From assembly GCA_964035545.1 (NCBI GenBank), contig OZ037769.1, positions 3,701,929-3,765,928 on the forward strand: a stretch of 64,000 nucleotides of DNA. The letters are read 5' to 3'. A program made the translations under genes and the position numbers. This DNA is from Bugula neritina. Lineage: Eukaryota; Animalia; Bryozoa. The notes under the pieces are model-generated. The model was not told the DNA's origin. It saw only the letters and a list, made by a program, of their open reading frames with translations, and did not search any database. Positions 40,967 through 53,900 of this stretch are shown piece by piece. Within the stretch, counting starts at the first letter, position 1. Each line of letters opens with the position of its first letter.

Positions 40967-43900
40967 ATGGCTGAAGCACAGCCTGTGGGAAACATATCTA
41001 CCGAGGTAATAAACCCTCAGCCTGGTCAAGCTCCACAAAGTGAACATCTGTACCAACCACTATCTACAGAGCACCTGCAGTTTTCACTTCAACAAAGATA
41101 TGCTTCTCCATATGCATATTATGCCTCTTATACACAACATCCACCTGAATATGCCCCTCATACACAACTTCCACCTGATTATGCCCCTCATACACAGCCA
41201 CCACCTGAATATGCCCTTCATACACAGCCACTACCTGAATATGCCCCTCATACACAGCCACCACCTGGATATGCCCCTCATACACAGCCACCACCTGGAT
41301 ATGCCCCTCATACACAGCCACCACCTGGATATTCCCCTCATACACAGCCACTACCTGGATATGCTTATCACACACAGCCGCCACCTGGAAATGCCTCTCA
41401 TACACAGCAACCACCTGGAAATTTTCAACAAGGATCTTCTGCACAACCACATGTTTATGAATATGTCACTGACCCACAAGTGGTTATTCAGGCACCACCG
41501 CCTCTGCCAGTGGTGAGTTTATCTTACCTGGTGACTACACTTTTATTATATAGTTAAAGTTTTTTTTAGTTTTTTTTCTTATAATAGTCTATACTTGAAC
41601 TGACAAAATGCAAATATATTATGTTAATGACAAATGACTAAGAATATTCATACTATGGTGGACAAATTTACTTATTGGCCCATGTTTTATATTAATTTCT
41701 TATACATAATAAAAAAATACTTACTGATGACCAATTTTTTTTTCAAACAGTTTTTTGTAGAAGCTATAATATGATATTTAATTTCAATGAAATACTTTAA
41801 TACATGCTTATACTTAATACAGGGACAAGTTTACTGAAATAGAATAATAAAGAATAAGTTAAAAAAAATATTCATTTGTAGATAAAGGACACGAATTCAA
41901 AATGCTGGATGGTTGTTGGAATCTTGACAGCCATAGTTTGTCTTCCATGTGGACTTGGTGCTGCCGCCATAGCACGTGCAGCTGGTAAAGATGCTAAAAA
42001 AGGCAATGCTGCTGCCCACAAGAAAAATATCCGTCAATCTAAAGCTCTCTCACTGACGGGAATAGTGCTGGGGTTACCGTTCATTACAGCTGTTGTAATG
42101 GTTACGGTAAGTGATGGCTGTTTTTTAAATAATGAAAGTTTGTTTAAATGTTCCATAATTTAAGCTCTAACCTGCATATTTAGTAAATTACATGAAGAAG
42201 AAAATCCAAAATCCTTAAGCATAGTAATTTCAAAAATTAAATGAAATATTCAATAAGTTATATAACTGGTGATTTTTAAGCTTTGTCAGAAAAAATGAAA
42301 TCCCCCATTTAACTCAGTCAGCTGACAAAATGATATTCCAAAAACTGTGCAATTTTGTTGCATTCTCATAGTTGGTTAACTAGTGGTTTACAATACAGAA
42401 GTCCTCAATTACTGCAGTACTCAACTAATGTATGCTATTTGGCTTTGATATATTGACAATAAAACTGTTTTAAATTTGTACGAGTCACATCGGAAATTAT
42501 ATTTTATTTGAATTCAAACTTTTTTCCTTGTACTTTGATGTATTGACACTCAACAAAAGCTTTTTAGTTTAAAAATATAACTGCATGAGAAAATATAAAG
42601 TAAAATTTATAAGTTTTATAACTCGTAACGTACTTTTACTAACCAAGCTAAACATTTGACTTAAGAAAAAAGAACTTGGCACCCCTGTGAAAAACCTTTG
42701 ATAGAAAAGGTTTTTTTAGTAAAAACGGGCTAAAAACTTATTCATATGCGACACAGGAGCAATTAGGACTGGATACTCTTCTTAACATCACCATAATGGT
42801 CTTTGTCCAGGCTTGAACCCATAATTTCATGCTTTCTAGAAAAAACGCTCCAACTCCTAGACTACATGGCTGCTTTCTCAAAACTTCTCTGTAACAGTTT
42901 TAGCTGAATTATTGCTATCTTTTAGTTGTTTATGGATCATATTACTCAATTTAATACACATGCACTGAAAATCTCCAGTTTTTAGCTACTTTTTGCAATT
43001 TAACTGCTAATGAACATGGGTTTTTTGCCCAAAACTAGTAAAATATCAATAAATATACACCTAAATAATCAAGGTTCTTCCTAATTTTACTTGATTTCCC
43101 ATGTTTTTTTCTATCTATTTAACTAATTATTACTAAAAAACCGTAACTGTCTGCAATCAAAAGTAGCTAAATAAATAAAAAAAACTATGGGAAATTAAGA
43201 AAAAATAAAAGGAACCTTGATTATTGGAATGTATTTATTGATATTTTACTATTTTTGGGTAAAAACCCATGTTAATTAGCAGCTAAATTGTAAAAAAATA
43301 GCTAAAAACTAGAGATTTCCAGTGTGTACTATAAATTAGGTAAAATGACCTTCATAATATTTAGTTGTTTGAGCGCTCTGCACTGACACCTTCTGGCAAG
43401 GGTGACTCTGAATATGTTGAAAGCTCTGGCAGTGAAGATACAGTTTCTGCATTTGTTGAAAGCTCTACCAGTGAACATACCACAGTTTCCACTCCTAGAT
43501 ATAAGCAGAATCAGACATGTAAGTATAAAACTCACACAATTTTATAGTGGCCATCCTTGTGAGAAACCCCTGGCGTAAAGGGTTTTTTGTTAAAGCGGGC
43601 TATAAGGACTTATTTAAATGAGGGACAAGAGCAATTATGACTGGATGCTCTTCCTAACATCACCATAATGGCATTTGTCCGGGCTCAAACCCATGACTTT
43701 GTGTTTGCTACGAAAACGCTCTAACCCCTAGACCATGACTGATCCTTAGACACAGTAAATATACAACTTATTTCTTTTACTTTTGTGTGATATTGCAGTG
43801 CATATGAATTTAAAAAATTTAATGTAGTTGCTAGTATTTTTAAATCAATTTATAATAGTCCTAAATTGCTCAAACTAAAGTTATTTTATACAGTTTTCTG

Positions 43901-46290
43901 TTCAATATTATAGATAACAAAAATACCTATAATAGTTGCTGATTTATTGAAACTAACTTAACCATAATCTTTAATAAAGTAACACATACCACAAAGGTTT
44001 TTGTTACAGCTTTTTTAAAGACAAATTCACCAACTTATTAAAAAAAATTTATAATTGTTTTTATTTGCAAGAATATATTTAACCGCCTTATATCTCTAAT
44101 TATAATTTTGAGCAGCCGATTATATATATCTCGGATGCTTTGAGGATAACATACCTAGAGATCTTAATGGTGATGACTACAACTTTGGAGAGGATCTTTC
44201 TGTTGAGAATTGTACCAACTACTGCTCTGAAAGAGGTGGGTGATAACCATGGTTTATCGCAATTGATATTTTTCTGTAAGGCAAAGTGTTATGTAAAATA
44301 ATTGCCCCCGCACTGGGGTTCGAACCACAGACCTCCGGCTTACAAGCAGGCGCCCTAACCAATTGCGCTACAGGGGCTTCAGGGGCTGCAGGATTCCAAA
44401 CAACATTTTATATAATATAGTGAGGCAGCAGGTACGACTGAAACTGTTATACTGACTCTGAAATAACAACTTCAGATGTTTTATCTCAAAGATAACTTTT
44501 GTCCAAGAACACCAGCTTGATGCAGTGACAAGAAGACATTGTTTGTCCAATCGCATTACCTACACCGCCAACTCACTTTAAACAAACACATTTCATAAGA
44601 GAACTTTGCTCTGTTTTAAAGAATGAATGCATGTAAATTCATTACTTATTCACAGTCATATTATAACTAGAATCTAACTTGTTTAGAGAAAAAAAAACTA
44701 AGCAAAAATTTAAATTATGCAATCACACTTTGTCTGCAGAATATGATTTGCGGAGTGTATTTCAAAACATGTGCAGATGTTGTGCATATCTGTTAGGTTA
44801 CAAATACGCTGGTCTACAAAATGGATTCCTCTGTTCTTGTGGGACATCCTATGGTTCATACGGAAAGGTGGATCAGGATGAGTGCAGTTCTGTCTGCTCT
44901 GCTGACGGCTTAGAATGTGGTGGATTTTACACCAACTCTGTTTACAAAACAAACTACATTGGTTTGTAATTTTACAATAAACACTCAATTTGAAAGTAAT
45001 TGTTATAAACTACATTGCTTTTGAGTTTATTATACCAATAGCCTGCTGACCTTAGCAATGAATTATATTAAATCACTTTTTTGTGCTGAGTAACCTTCAA
45101 TCGTACGCATCACAGTTAACCCTACTCATATAGGGTCTTTAAAAAAAGTTTTAATGCGTAGTATATATGGAGTAGCTTGTTTTTATGTCTAAATTACATA
45201 TTTTAGCTTCATTATCATCCTAAAACAAACAGGTTTAAATATAAGTTATTAGACATGAAGTATCGAAATCAGATTTCTTTTAAAACTATTCAACTGCGAT
45301 CATTTAGCTCAAGTTATTGAACTTTTATGACTCAGTATATTATCATTTTTCTACCAGAGAAAATAATTGTTTTCAACAAGCAAAACAAACTATTATAAAA
45401 GTTAATTAGATAAACAATTAAAACTATCAGGTTTTATCAAAATGAATGCAGCGGTATTATTTGCTTAGGCTATTTAATACAATTGGGTTTGGAGCATCTT
45501 CATTCTAATTTTGCAGCAGCTTTTTGAATTAGTGTTCTATACTATTAATCTCACATTTGCAATCTTTTTTTCTCTCTCATCTGAGTTTCGGTGACCTATT
45601 TCAGTAAGAAACTCATGTTTTGCAGGTTGTTTCGAAAATGATGATGTGGGATTTGATTATCAAGTTAATTTACCATATTATGAGATTACTCCAAGTAGTT
45701 GCACAAAACATTGTTTAAAGGATGGTGAGTTAATCACTGTATTTCTAACTATTGTGTCATAGCTGCTTGAATATAACCCTGGGCTTTCTTAGTAGTTGTC
45801 ATTTCAACATTGTTGGACTAACAAAGTTTGTAGCATGCTTATCACTCTAAAATTTAAAACCTTTACCAACTATAGCTATTCTACTTTGTACATGTAATTT
45901 ACTGAAATATTTCTCTCTGCTTATTTTTTTCTTAAAATTTAGTAGTCGTGTGCCAAATAAATAAATACAACTTCTAAAATAAAACAAATTAAAAGATAAA
46001 AATTTCTCAGCTTTAGAGTATTTAATTTATTATAGCGCAGTCCTAAATTTATGCAAATGAACATTTGGCATCTTCTCAGTTAATAAAATAAAACAAAGCA
46101 CTAAACGGTCACTTTTGTTCAATTACATTGATTGCTTTAACTGGTTGAAAAATGTTGATATATATTTTATTTTATAATTGACATAATAATATAACTGCTC
46201 ATTATTTCCAAAAATTATAATAATTACAATATTATTTGACACCTAACATTTAAAAAGCTGCTAATACCTTTTATATCAATTCAGTTTACC

Positions 46291-46322
<32 letters not shown>

Positions 46323-46512
46323 CTAAGTATTCTGTCTATTTCTTGCAGGATATCTTCTTTCTGGACTCGGGTCTGGGAGGTATTGTTACTGTGGAAATTA
46401 CTTCTACGGATTTGTAAGGTCGAATGATGAATGCAGTTCGGGGTGTCCTGTTGACTCTCAACTCAGCTGTGGGGGACCTCTTCGACAATCTGTTTATAAA
46501 ACTTTTATCTAA
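40967..46512 (+). CDS. g5: CD225 + 2 WSC membrane protein (~490 aa) with expanded PPxY repeats and long Ser/Thr/Glu stalk
   Basis: Exons 40967-41512, 41882-42106, 43365-43518, 44116-44235, 44797-44961, 45626-45724, 46349-46512. Total 1473 nt, open frame, TAA stop. Confidence 0.85.
41130..41421 (+). repeat. Coding 27-bp minisatellite (P-P-P-E/G-Y-A-P-H-T-Q-type units, about 10)
   Basis: CCACCACCTG(A/G)ATATGCCCCTCATACACAG-type units in g5 exon 1. Shorter array at about 20031-20235 in g3. Unit length is approximate. Confidence 0.85.
42685..42870 (-). mobile_element. Meta-like tRNA-SINE in g5 intron 2
   Basis: caggagcaattaggactggatactcttcttaacatcacc...ggcttgaaccc matches the other copies. Confidence 0.65.
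42956..43328. mobile_element. MITE / non-autonomous DNA transposon with ~150-bp inverted arms
   Basis: About 42963-43110 (CACTGAAAATCTCCAGTTTTTAGCTA...CAAGGTTC) is the imperfect reverse complement of about 43180-43324 (GAACCTTG...TAGCTAAAAACTAGAGATTTCCAGTG). Absent from g2-g4 intron 2. Confidence 0.8.
43533..43754 (-). mobile_element. Meta-like tRNA-SINE inserted at the g5 exon 3 donor
   Basis: Minus strand shows A-box-like GGTCTAGGGGTTAGAGCG, B-box-like GGTTTGAGCCC and TGGTGATGTTAGGAAGAGCATCCAG. Imperfect flanking duplication GTAAGTATAAAACT / GTAAATATACAACT. Confidence 0.7.
44296..44405 (-). mobile_element. tRNA(Thr-TGT)-like short element in g5 intron 4
   Basis: GCCCCTGTAGCGCAATTGGTTAGGGCGCCTGCTTGTAAGCCGGAGGTCTGTGGTTCGAACCCCAGTGCGGGGGCA: acceptor stem pairs, anticodon arm is defective. 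Absent in the g2/g4 intron. Confidence 0.7.
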
Positions 46513-47991
46513 AAATATGTTAGTAAAACTATATACCTGCTTTGGCTATCTGTGAAAGAACAGTGAAAATATAGATATTATAAGTGTATACTTATACAAA
46601 TCATGTGCTTTGTTCAATTCTGCTAGAGTTATTAAAAGCTCAGAAAAAGTTTAAAAGCAAGTGTTAAATAATGAAAATGTTGAAGGATTATATGTTTTTC
46701 TCCTTTCTATAATAACATATTTTGAAATTTATAAAATGTTAACTTGAATTAAAACATTCAACTCTGAAGACTTTTAGTAAACTGAAAGTAATTGAATAGC
46801 CAACACCCATGCATGCATGCAGTGTCATCTTCAAAAAGACTAATTTATTTATAATTTTATTTTTAGTGTAGTACATCTAGGCACCAAGGTATAGTTACTC
46901 AGGTGATACATAGGTGCTAACATTACCTTTTCTAATAGAGATCTTTGTCAGTTTCAAGTATAAATTATTTTGTTTCTTCCAAATATTGTTATGCATTTGC
47001 TTTACACATTATGTTTAGCATTAATTCAAAATATTTTACTTTTATATATACCGCAGAAACACTTAATATTGCATAACTGTTTATAAACCTTATAACATTT
47101 CATTAACCTTTATTGTATATAATTATATGCACTTGTGTTTTTTGTAAGAAGTCGTGCCTGAATTTCTTTTTATTCTGCATTTTCTGTATCTCTTATATGG
47201 CTGCATTGTCATAAAATATTTGTTAATTAAAAAACATAATATATGTACAAATGAAAAATTATCTGCTCTTTCTAAATTAGAAACAGCAGCATCATGCAGT
47301 GTTGCTGATTAGAAAGCTGTTTTAAAATGTAAACAACTTTATTTTGACTACAAGGTAGTTGACATTATAGTTTAGTAACAGCTAGTACAGCTAGGGCTAC
47401 ATATATTATATCACTGCGTGAATAGGTTTTCATTGTAAGTATTATATTGAGTATTGATCTCTGGAATTTTTAATTCACAAAAAGATCCAATTGCATTATC
47501 AACAGTTTGTGAACAAAGGCAGTAATATATAACAACCTAGTGTGGTTGCATTGAGGCAGTATAGGAGGGTTTATTCAACTAGTTGAAGTTAAGAAACAGG
47601 CTCCATCAGAGTAAGTACTTTTATATCCTATTTTATTTTTAGTTAACTCTAGTAATTGCTAACTACTTTGACTTCCAAATTTGAAGTATGTTTCAAGTTG
47701 AAGCTTTTAGCATATTTCACAACCTTGTTGTTCCAAAGATATCAATATAAAACTGTGGAATATGCAACAAAGAAAATGTAGACTAGTTATTTAGTTAAAG
47801 GATTTAGATTTTATTCATAATGCATAAAATTGCCGTTCATTATAATACAAAGTGTACAAATGAACATGAATCTGATTCCCTTATAATTGTAGATCCTGCA
47901 TTGTAAACATTTTTGGATTCCCATACAACCACTTTATAATGTTTCAAGCGAGTGTAATTTTTGATCATTTTTAATTTCAGTTAAGTCAAGC

Positions 47992-50900
47992 ATGGCTTCA
48001 AGACTGAGCCCTGTTGAGACACCCGAGGTCCCGGAACTTTCTGAGAAAGAAAAGCTGTCACTGTCTCTGAATCGTCTCCCACCCATAAACAGTTCCCAGC
48101 AAACTAACCCAACACTGTTCCTTGCTCAGCCAGTGGCCACTCAACAAGCCAACGGCCAGCCAGCTTACATCCTACAGCCAAATGGCCAATTGGAGTATAT
48201 GTTACAAGCCAATGGCCAATCAGCTAATGGTCAGCCGGGTACATCTAATGTTTTACAAGGCCAACAAGTTTTTGCTACAACATCCTTTACCGGAGAAATG
48301 ACTCAGCAGTCCGTCTACATTCTCAGACCTCAGCCATTGTCAGCCGTATGTTGTATACCAATGAAGTCAGCGGTGTATATATATTAGTAAAGTCAGCAGT
48401 GTATATATATTAGTAAAGTCAGCAGTGTATATATTAGTAAAGTCAGCAGTGTATATATATTAGTAAAGTCAGCAGTGTATATATTAGTAAAGTCAACAGT
48501 ATATATATTAGTAAAGTCAGCAGTGTATATATTAGTAAAGTCAGCAGTATATATATTAGTAAAGTCAGCAGTATATATATTAGTAAAGTCAGCAGTGTAT
48601 ATATTAGTAAAGTCAGCAGTATATATATATTAGTAAAGTCAGCAGTGTATATATTAGTAAAGTCAGCAGTATATATTAGTAAAGTCAGCAGTGTATATAT
48701 TAGTAAAGTCAGCAGTGTATATATATATTAGTAAAGTCAGCAGTGTATATATTAGTAAAGTCAGCAGTGTATATATATATTAGTAAAGTCAGCAGTGTAT
48801 ATATTAGTAAAGTCAGCAGTGTATATATATATTAGTAAAGTCAGCAGTGTATATATTAGTAAAGTCAGCAGTGTATATATATATTAGTAAAGTCAGCAGT
48901 GTATATATTAGTAAAGTCAGCAGTGTATATATATATTAGTAAAGTCAGCAGTGTATATATTAGTAAAGTCAGCAGTGTATATATATATTAGTAAAGTCAG
49001 CAGTGTATATATTAGTAAAGTCAGCAGTGTATATATATATTAGTAAAGTCAGCAGTGTATATATTAGTAAAGTCAGCAGTGTATATATATTAGTAAAGTC
49101 AGCAGTGTATATATATTAGTAAAGTCAGCAGTATATATATTAGTAAAGCCAGGAGCATTAAGTATTAGTAGAGTAAGTTGTATGTTACACATTCATAGAG
49201 TATCAGGAGGTTATATATTTGTAAAGTCAGCGACTAACAATAGACTATTAGTCAGCTGCATGGTGACAATTACATATTCCTATAGTTTGAAGTTGGTAAT
49301 ACTGTACTTTTGGTAGAATAGTCAGTTATAGTTAATGTGTTATTGTAGCAATATGGTAGTTGCACTTTAGTTAATGTAAAGCCAGTGATATTGTGTTTTA
49401 GTTCTGTCACATTGGAAATTGTAATAACTTGATAAACAGAATCATTTACATTATTATACTTGAAAGATGGTTTCTTTTAACTAGTAATTTAGCAGTTCAA
49501 CTAAAAAAATCTTCATGTGTTCCCACAGCTACAGTGTTCACTGTAGCAATAATTCTTTTTAATTATAAGTTGTTAATATTGTGTTATATATGTGTTAGAT
49601 GATGTCTGCCACAATAACACTGGGTGTGGTGATTCCTATCTGCATGCATTTCTGTTTTATAAGTCGAATCAAACAAAGCCAATCAATCGAATAGTAGCTA
49701 GAATAACTTTTTTATTTTTATAAAGCATGCATACCATGACATTTGAAAACATCCTAATCACTTTAATTGAAATGATGATTTTTAAACAATGTTTGTATAG
49801 TAACGCAGTCATCGTCACATTTTATATATTGGTTATGTGTTTGTAGTCTGAACACGCTGCCTCTAAGACCTGGGTTATTGTTGGCATCCTATCAACCATC
49901 TTCTGCTGCTTTCCCCTGGGACTTGCCGGTACTATTATAGCTCACATGTCTAGGGAAGATGCTGCTAGAGGTGATGCCGGCAATCACAGACGTAGACTGT
50001 GTCAGGCTAAAGCTCTCACGGGGACGGCTATTGGAATTGGGTGTTTGGCCCTCATTGCCTTAGCAGTTAGTGTGAGTAGCAAATTTATCAGTAGGAGTTG
50101 AGTATTTGTTATTTCATATAATTACGCTATGATATACAATTAAGGGTGCTTTTGAATTCCCTAAGCGTATCGAATCCGAAAGCGCCTTTAATGAAACAGA
50201 TAACCATTATATAGAATAAACAACCACATTTATATTGTATTCAAGTTATTACCCTAGTTGTGTAATAACATTATGACAGTTGTTTTCTTTAATAAATACG
50301 CAATACTAAAAAATCATGTTAACTTTTCTAACTTATCTTCAGTTTTACATTTACTAGACTGAAAAATGTTCACATTTCTTTTGTAGCTTGGACTAATTTT
50401 TGGACTACTTCACAACCAGGGAAATGATTATGAGTATGAACCCATTCCTAGTTTTACCTGGACAGGTTAAGAATTTAATTACAATGCATTATAAGGCTTC
50501 TACAGGTTAATAGCTAAACATAGCAAAATGCTGATTACATTTTAGCTTGCCGAAACATAAAATTTTTAACTTGAGAACCTACTAATGTCTAAGAATCAAT
50601 AGAGAAGAATATTTTGTTTATCTTTCTTTACTGTCTGTCTCTCTTTGTGTTTGTCTGTCTGTATTTATGTCTGTCTGTTGTCTTTATGTCTCAATATTTT
50701 GCATGTCATTAGTCCCATATCATGAAACCAGCTCACCAACTAACTTCGCAACCATTGGGCTGATTAAATACATGTACGTATATAGATGACAGTGTGGGCC
50801 AGTTTCTGTACAATTGTTTCCTAGGTGTTTGTGGTCAAACCTCACTTTTTAAAGGCAGCAATACTTTGTAGATAAGGGAATCTACCTAGGTTGCTATGAA

Positions 50901-53900
50901 GATGATCAGTTTCACAGAGATGTTTCTGGTATTAACACGGAGTTTGAAGACGATAATGATGTTGATAAATGTGTCTATTACTGTGCATCACATGGTACGT
51001 TGACATTTTAAACTTTATAGCAGTCGGCAACCTTTTGCTTTACAACTACATAAATATATACACTAAGTTTAATGGTCCAAAAATCTGTTTAAGAGTTAAG
51101 TGTTTGCTATTATCGTCATGGTAACCGGCAGTTTATTGTACAAAGACAACAGCTGTTACTATAACACATTACACTATTCTTTAAAATGTTTAATTAGTTT
51201 TAAAAAGATTAGTATACATTAATGTACATAAAGTAAAACTTAGGTTTCTGTTTTGATGCAAATAAAACTCAGTGTTTATGCTAATGAAAATATGTATTTT
51301 ATATATTGAAATTTGGTTGAATTGCCAATGCTGCTTCACTTACTATATGTAGAGCACGTTGAAAGAATAAAAGAGTTCTTATATTTAATTTCTTATTTAT
51401 AACTATGTAACCAGTTTTGACAGCTATAAAAATATCTGATAATATTATTAATAGGTACAAAAATATAATTTTTAGCTGTTGCATTTGTCAGTTTATTTAC
51501 AGAAAGTTTTTGGAGATGAGATCAATTGATTTTTAGTAAAAATGTCTATCATATTCTACCAAAGTATATTTTGTCTAATTTGACTTCCTTTATTGACTTT
51601 TTAAATGAATTCTAGTCCCTTGTTATTATGATGTTAGATTTCCACTACAACATGTTTATGCCTGCATAATAATACAATGAAAAAATGTTACAACATCTAC
51701 AATAAACATTGTAATTTGTACACATAACTATTTAGCTATTATATATTTATTAATACAATCAGCACACCTATATATAGTGTGATAGTTATATTCATATAAC
51801 TACATCAATAGAATTATCACATAGACAACATAATTGATACAATAATAATATATAATCTGTGCAATGCATAACTATATAAGTATTATATTTATTAGTATAA
51901 TTGAAATTACAGGCTACAAGTATGCTGGACTACAGGACTACTCTAAATGCTACTGTGGTAACTCGTACGGCAGCAATGGGAAGGCATCTGAAGACTCCTG
52001 TTACGCAACTTGCCCAGGAAATGCGGACGAAATTTGTGGTGGTTACTTGAAAAACTCCCTTTACCGGACTAACTTCATCGGTGAATATATGAATCTATAA
52101 AACGCATATCTTTCCTTTTCATCTTTTAAAGTATTTATATTTTCAATTCAAAATGAATAATATATACCTTTTACGGTGTGAATTAAAGTGATGAAACTTT
52201 GCTTCGTGAGATTTTAAAAATGTTCGACATGTGACAAACGTTTTGTAATACTCTAACTATACTGTTTAGATAAAAAATTTCGCCTGACTAATGTTCTATG
52301 TCCTGAAACTATTGTAGGGTGCTTTTTTGATGACGATAAAAGATCTTTGAAGGAATATTCATATGTGATAACATCCGGTGATGAGCTGAAGGATTGTGTA
52401 GAAACATGTGGCTATGAAGGTTAGAGCTTGATTGAGCTTGAGTTTGGGAATGGCTTTTGATTCTGCTCTATTTACCAATAGAAATTTATATTTTTTATTG
52501 GCTTTTAAAAAAACACTGTTTAACGAAATTTGTGCTATTGCATAAAGGGACACATAAACCTTTCCCTTATAAATTTATACTCAAACTCAAGACTTAACAC
52601 ATTCAAAAGCTATATTAATTGTTTAGGTTATGAATTTGCTGGTTTGCAAGATTCTAACAAGTGTTATTGTGGACAAGATCCCAACAGATATGGGGAGGCC
52701 CTTGCAACTGAATGTAATACATCGTGTGCAGGAAATCCCGAGTTAACGTGTGGTGGCACCTATAGGAACTCAGTCTACAAAACCTCCACCATTGGTCAGT
52801 AACTATCAATATGTCAATTTATTTCTTTACAATACTAGTTATGCATAAGATTATTATTTGCCCATTTTTATTTTTGTGATTTTGAACATTTAAATCATTG
52901 AAAGCAAGTTTGTTGTACTTTAAGTTTTTTAAAAATTTAAAACTTGACAAGAAACTTTTGCTAAGCTCTGAAACTATATCTGCCTCCAGCAACTTATATA
53001 TCATTTTAGCTATGAATTAGCTGAAGTTTCTAAAAAATAATAAAACTTATTCAAATTTGTCTTTTTCTGGTATTGTTGTAATGTTGACGTGTACCAAGAA
53101 TTTTTTTATAGAACTCAACTCAACTTTTAATACTTAATTAAATGGCTATTTATTTGTTTAGACACATATTTTGATTTCTAGCCTACTCAGGGGGACACAA
53201 CTTAGGTTGTTATACTGATAAGCCTAGTGACAGAGATTTGACTGGGTACTACATATACCTACCAAATAACAACAGCGTCAATCACTGTAATGATATCTGC
53301 TCTGCCCGTGGTAAAGTACTTATAAACTTTAAACTCCAAATATAGACTTAGTTTTCACAAATACAATGCAAATCTTGTAGCTAAACATTCATAATATGCA
53401 ACAAAACTAACAAACCATATCGTTTACAGGCTTTCAGTATTCCGGTGTCCAAGGCAGCAATGAGTGCTTCTGCTCAAGAAATTATGGCAGTCACGGCATC
53501 GTCCTTGAATCTTACTGTAACATTAGCTGCTCTCTCTATACATGGCAGAAATGTGGAGGAAATGTGAGAAATAGGGTGGCTAGAACCAACTACTTGGGTA
53601 ATGTGCTTCAATATTCTTCCTCGTGTAATCGATACTTACGTATAATAATAAGTGACTTATAAATTACATACTATTTCATGTTGAACCAAATGTTTGAAAA
53701 TGAAATAATTGGAAAAGATGAAATTAAAAGATGCAATTTTAGACTTGACTTTTGTCTTATTAAATTTGAGATTTACAGTACATGTGTGGTTAATTTTGTT
53801 GTGTCATGTTATTATTAGGTATACGTTTTCAGAAATCAAACTATAAAAACTTTTGAACAAATCAAATGCCTCTGAATAAATTATTCCTTTACTATTCAAC

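Noticed and set aside
41040-41516. His-rich alternative-frame ORFs (MPLIHSHHL repeats) and antisense ORFs over exon 1 of g2-g5
   Set aside because: By-products of the stop-poor coding repeat; only the Pro-rich frame splices in phase to the CD225 exon.
44303-44377. Functional tRNA-Thr(TGT) gene
   Set aside because: Anticodon arm is one base short with a mismatch, the T-arm is irregular, there is no oligo-T terminator, and it is an insertion absent from paralogs.
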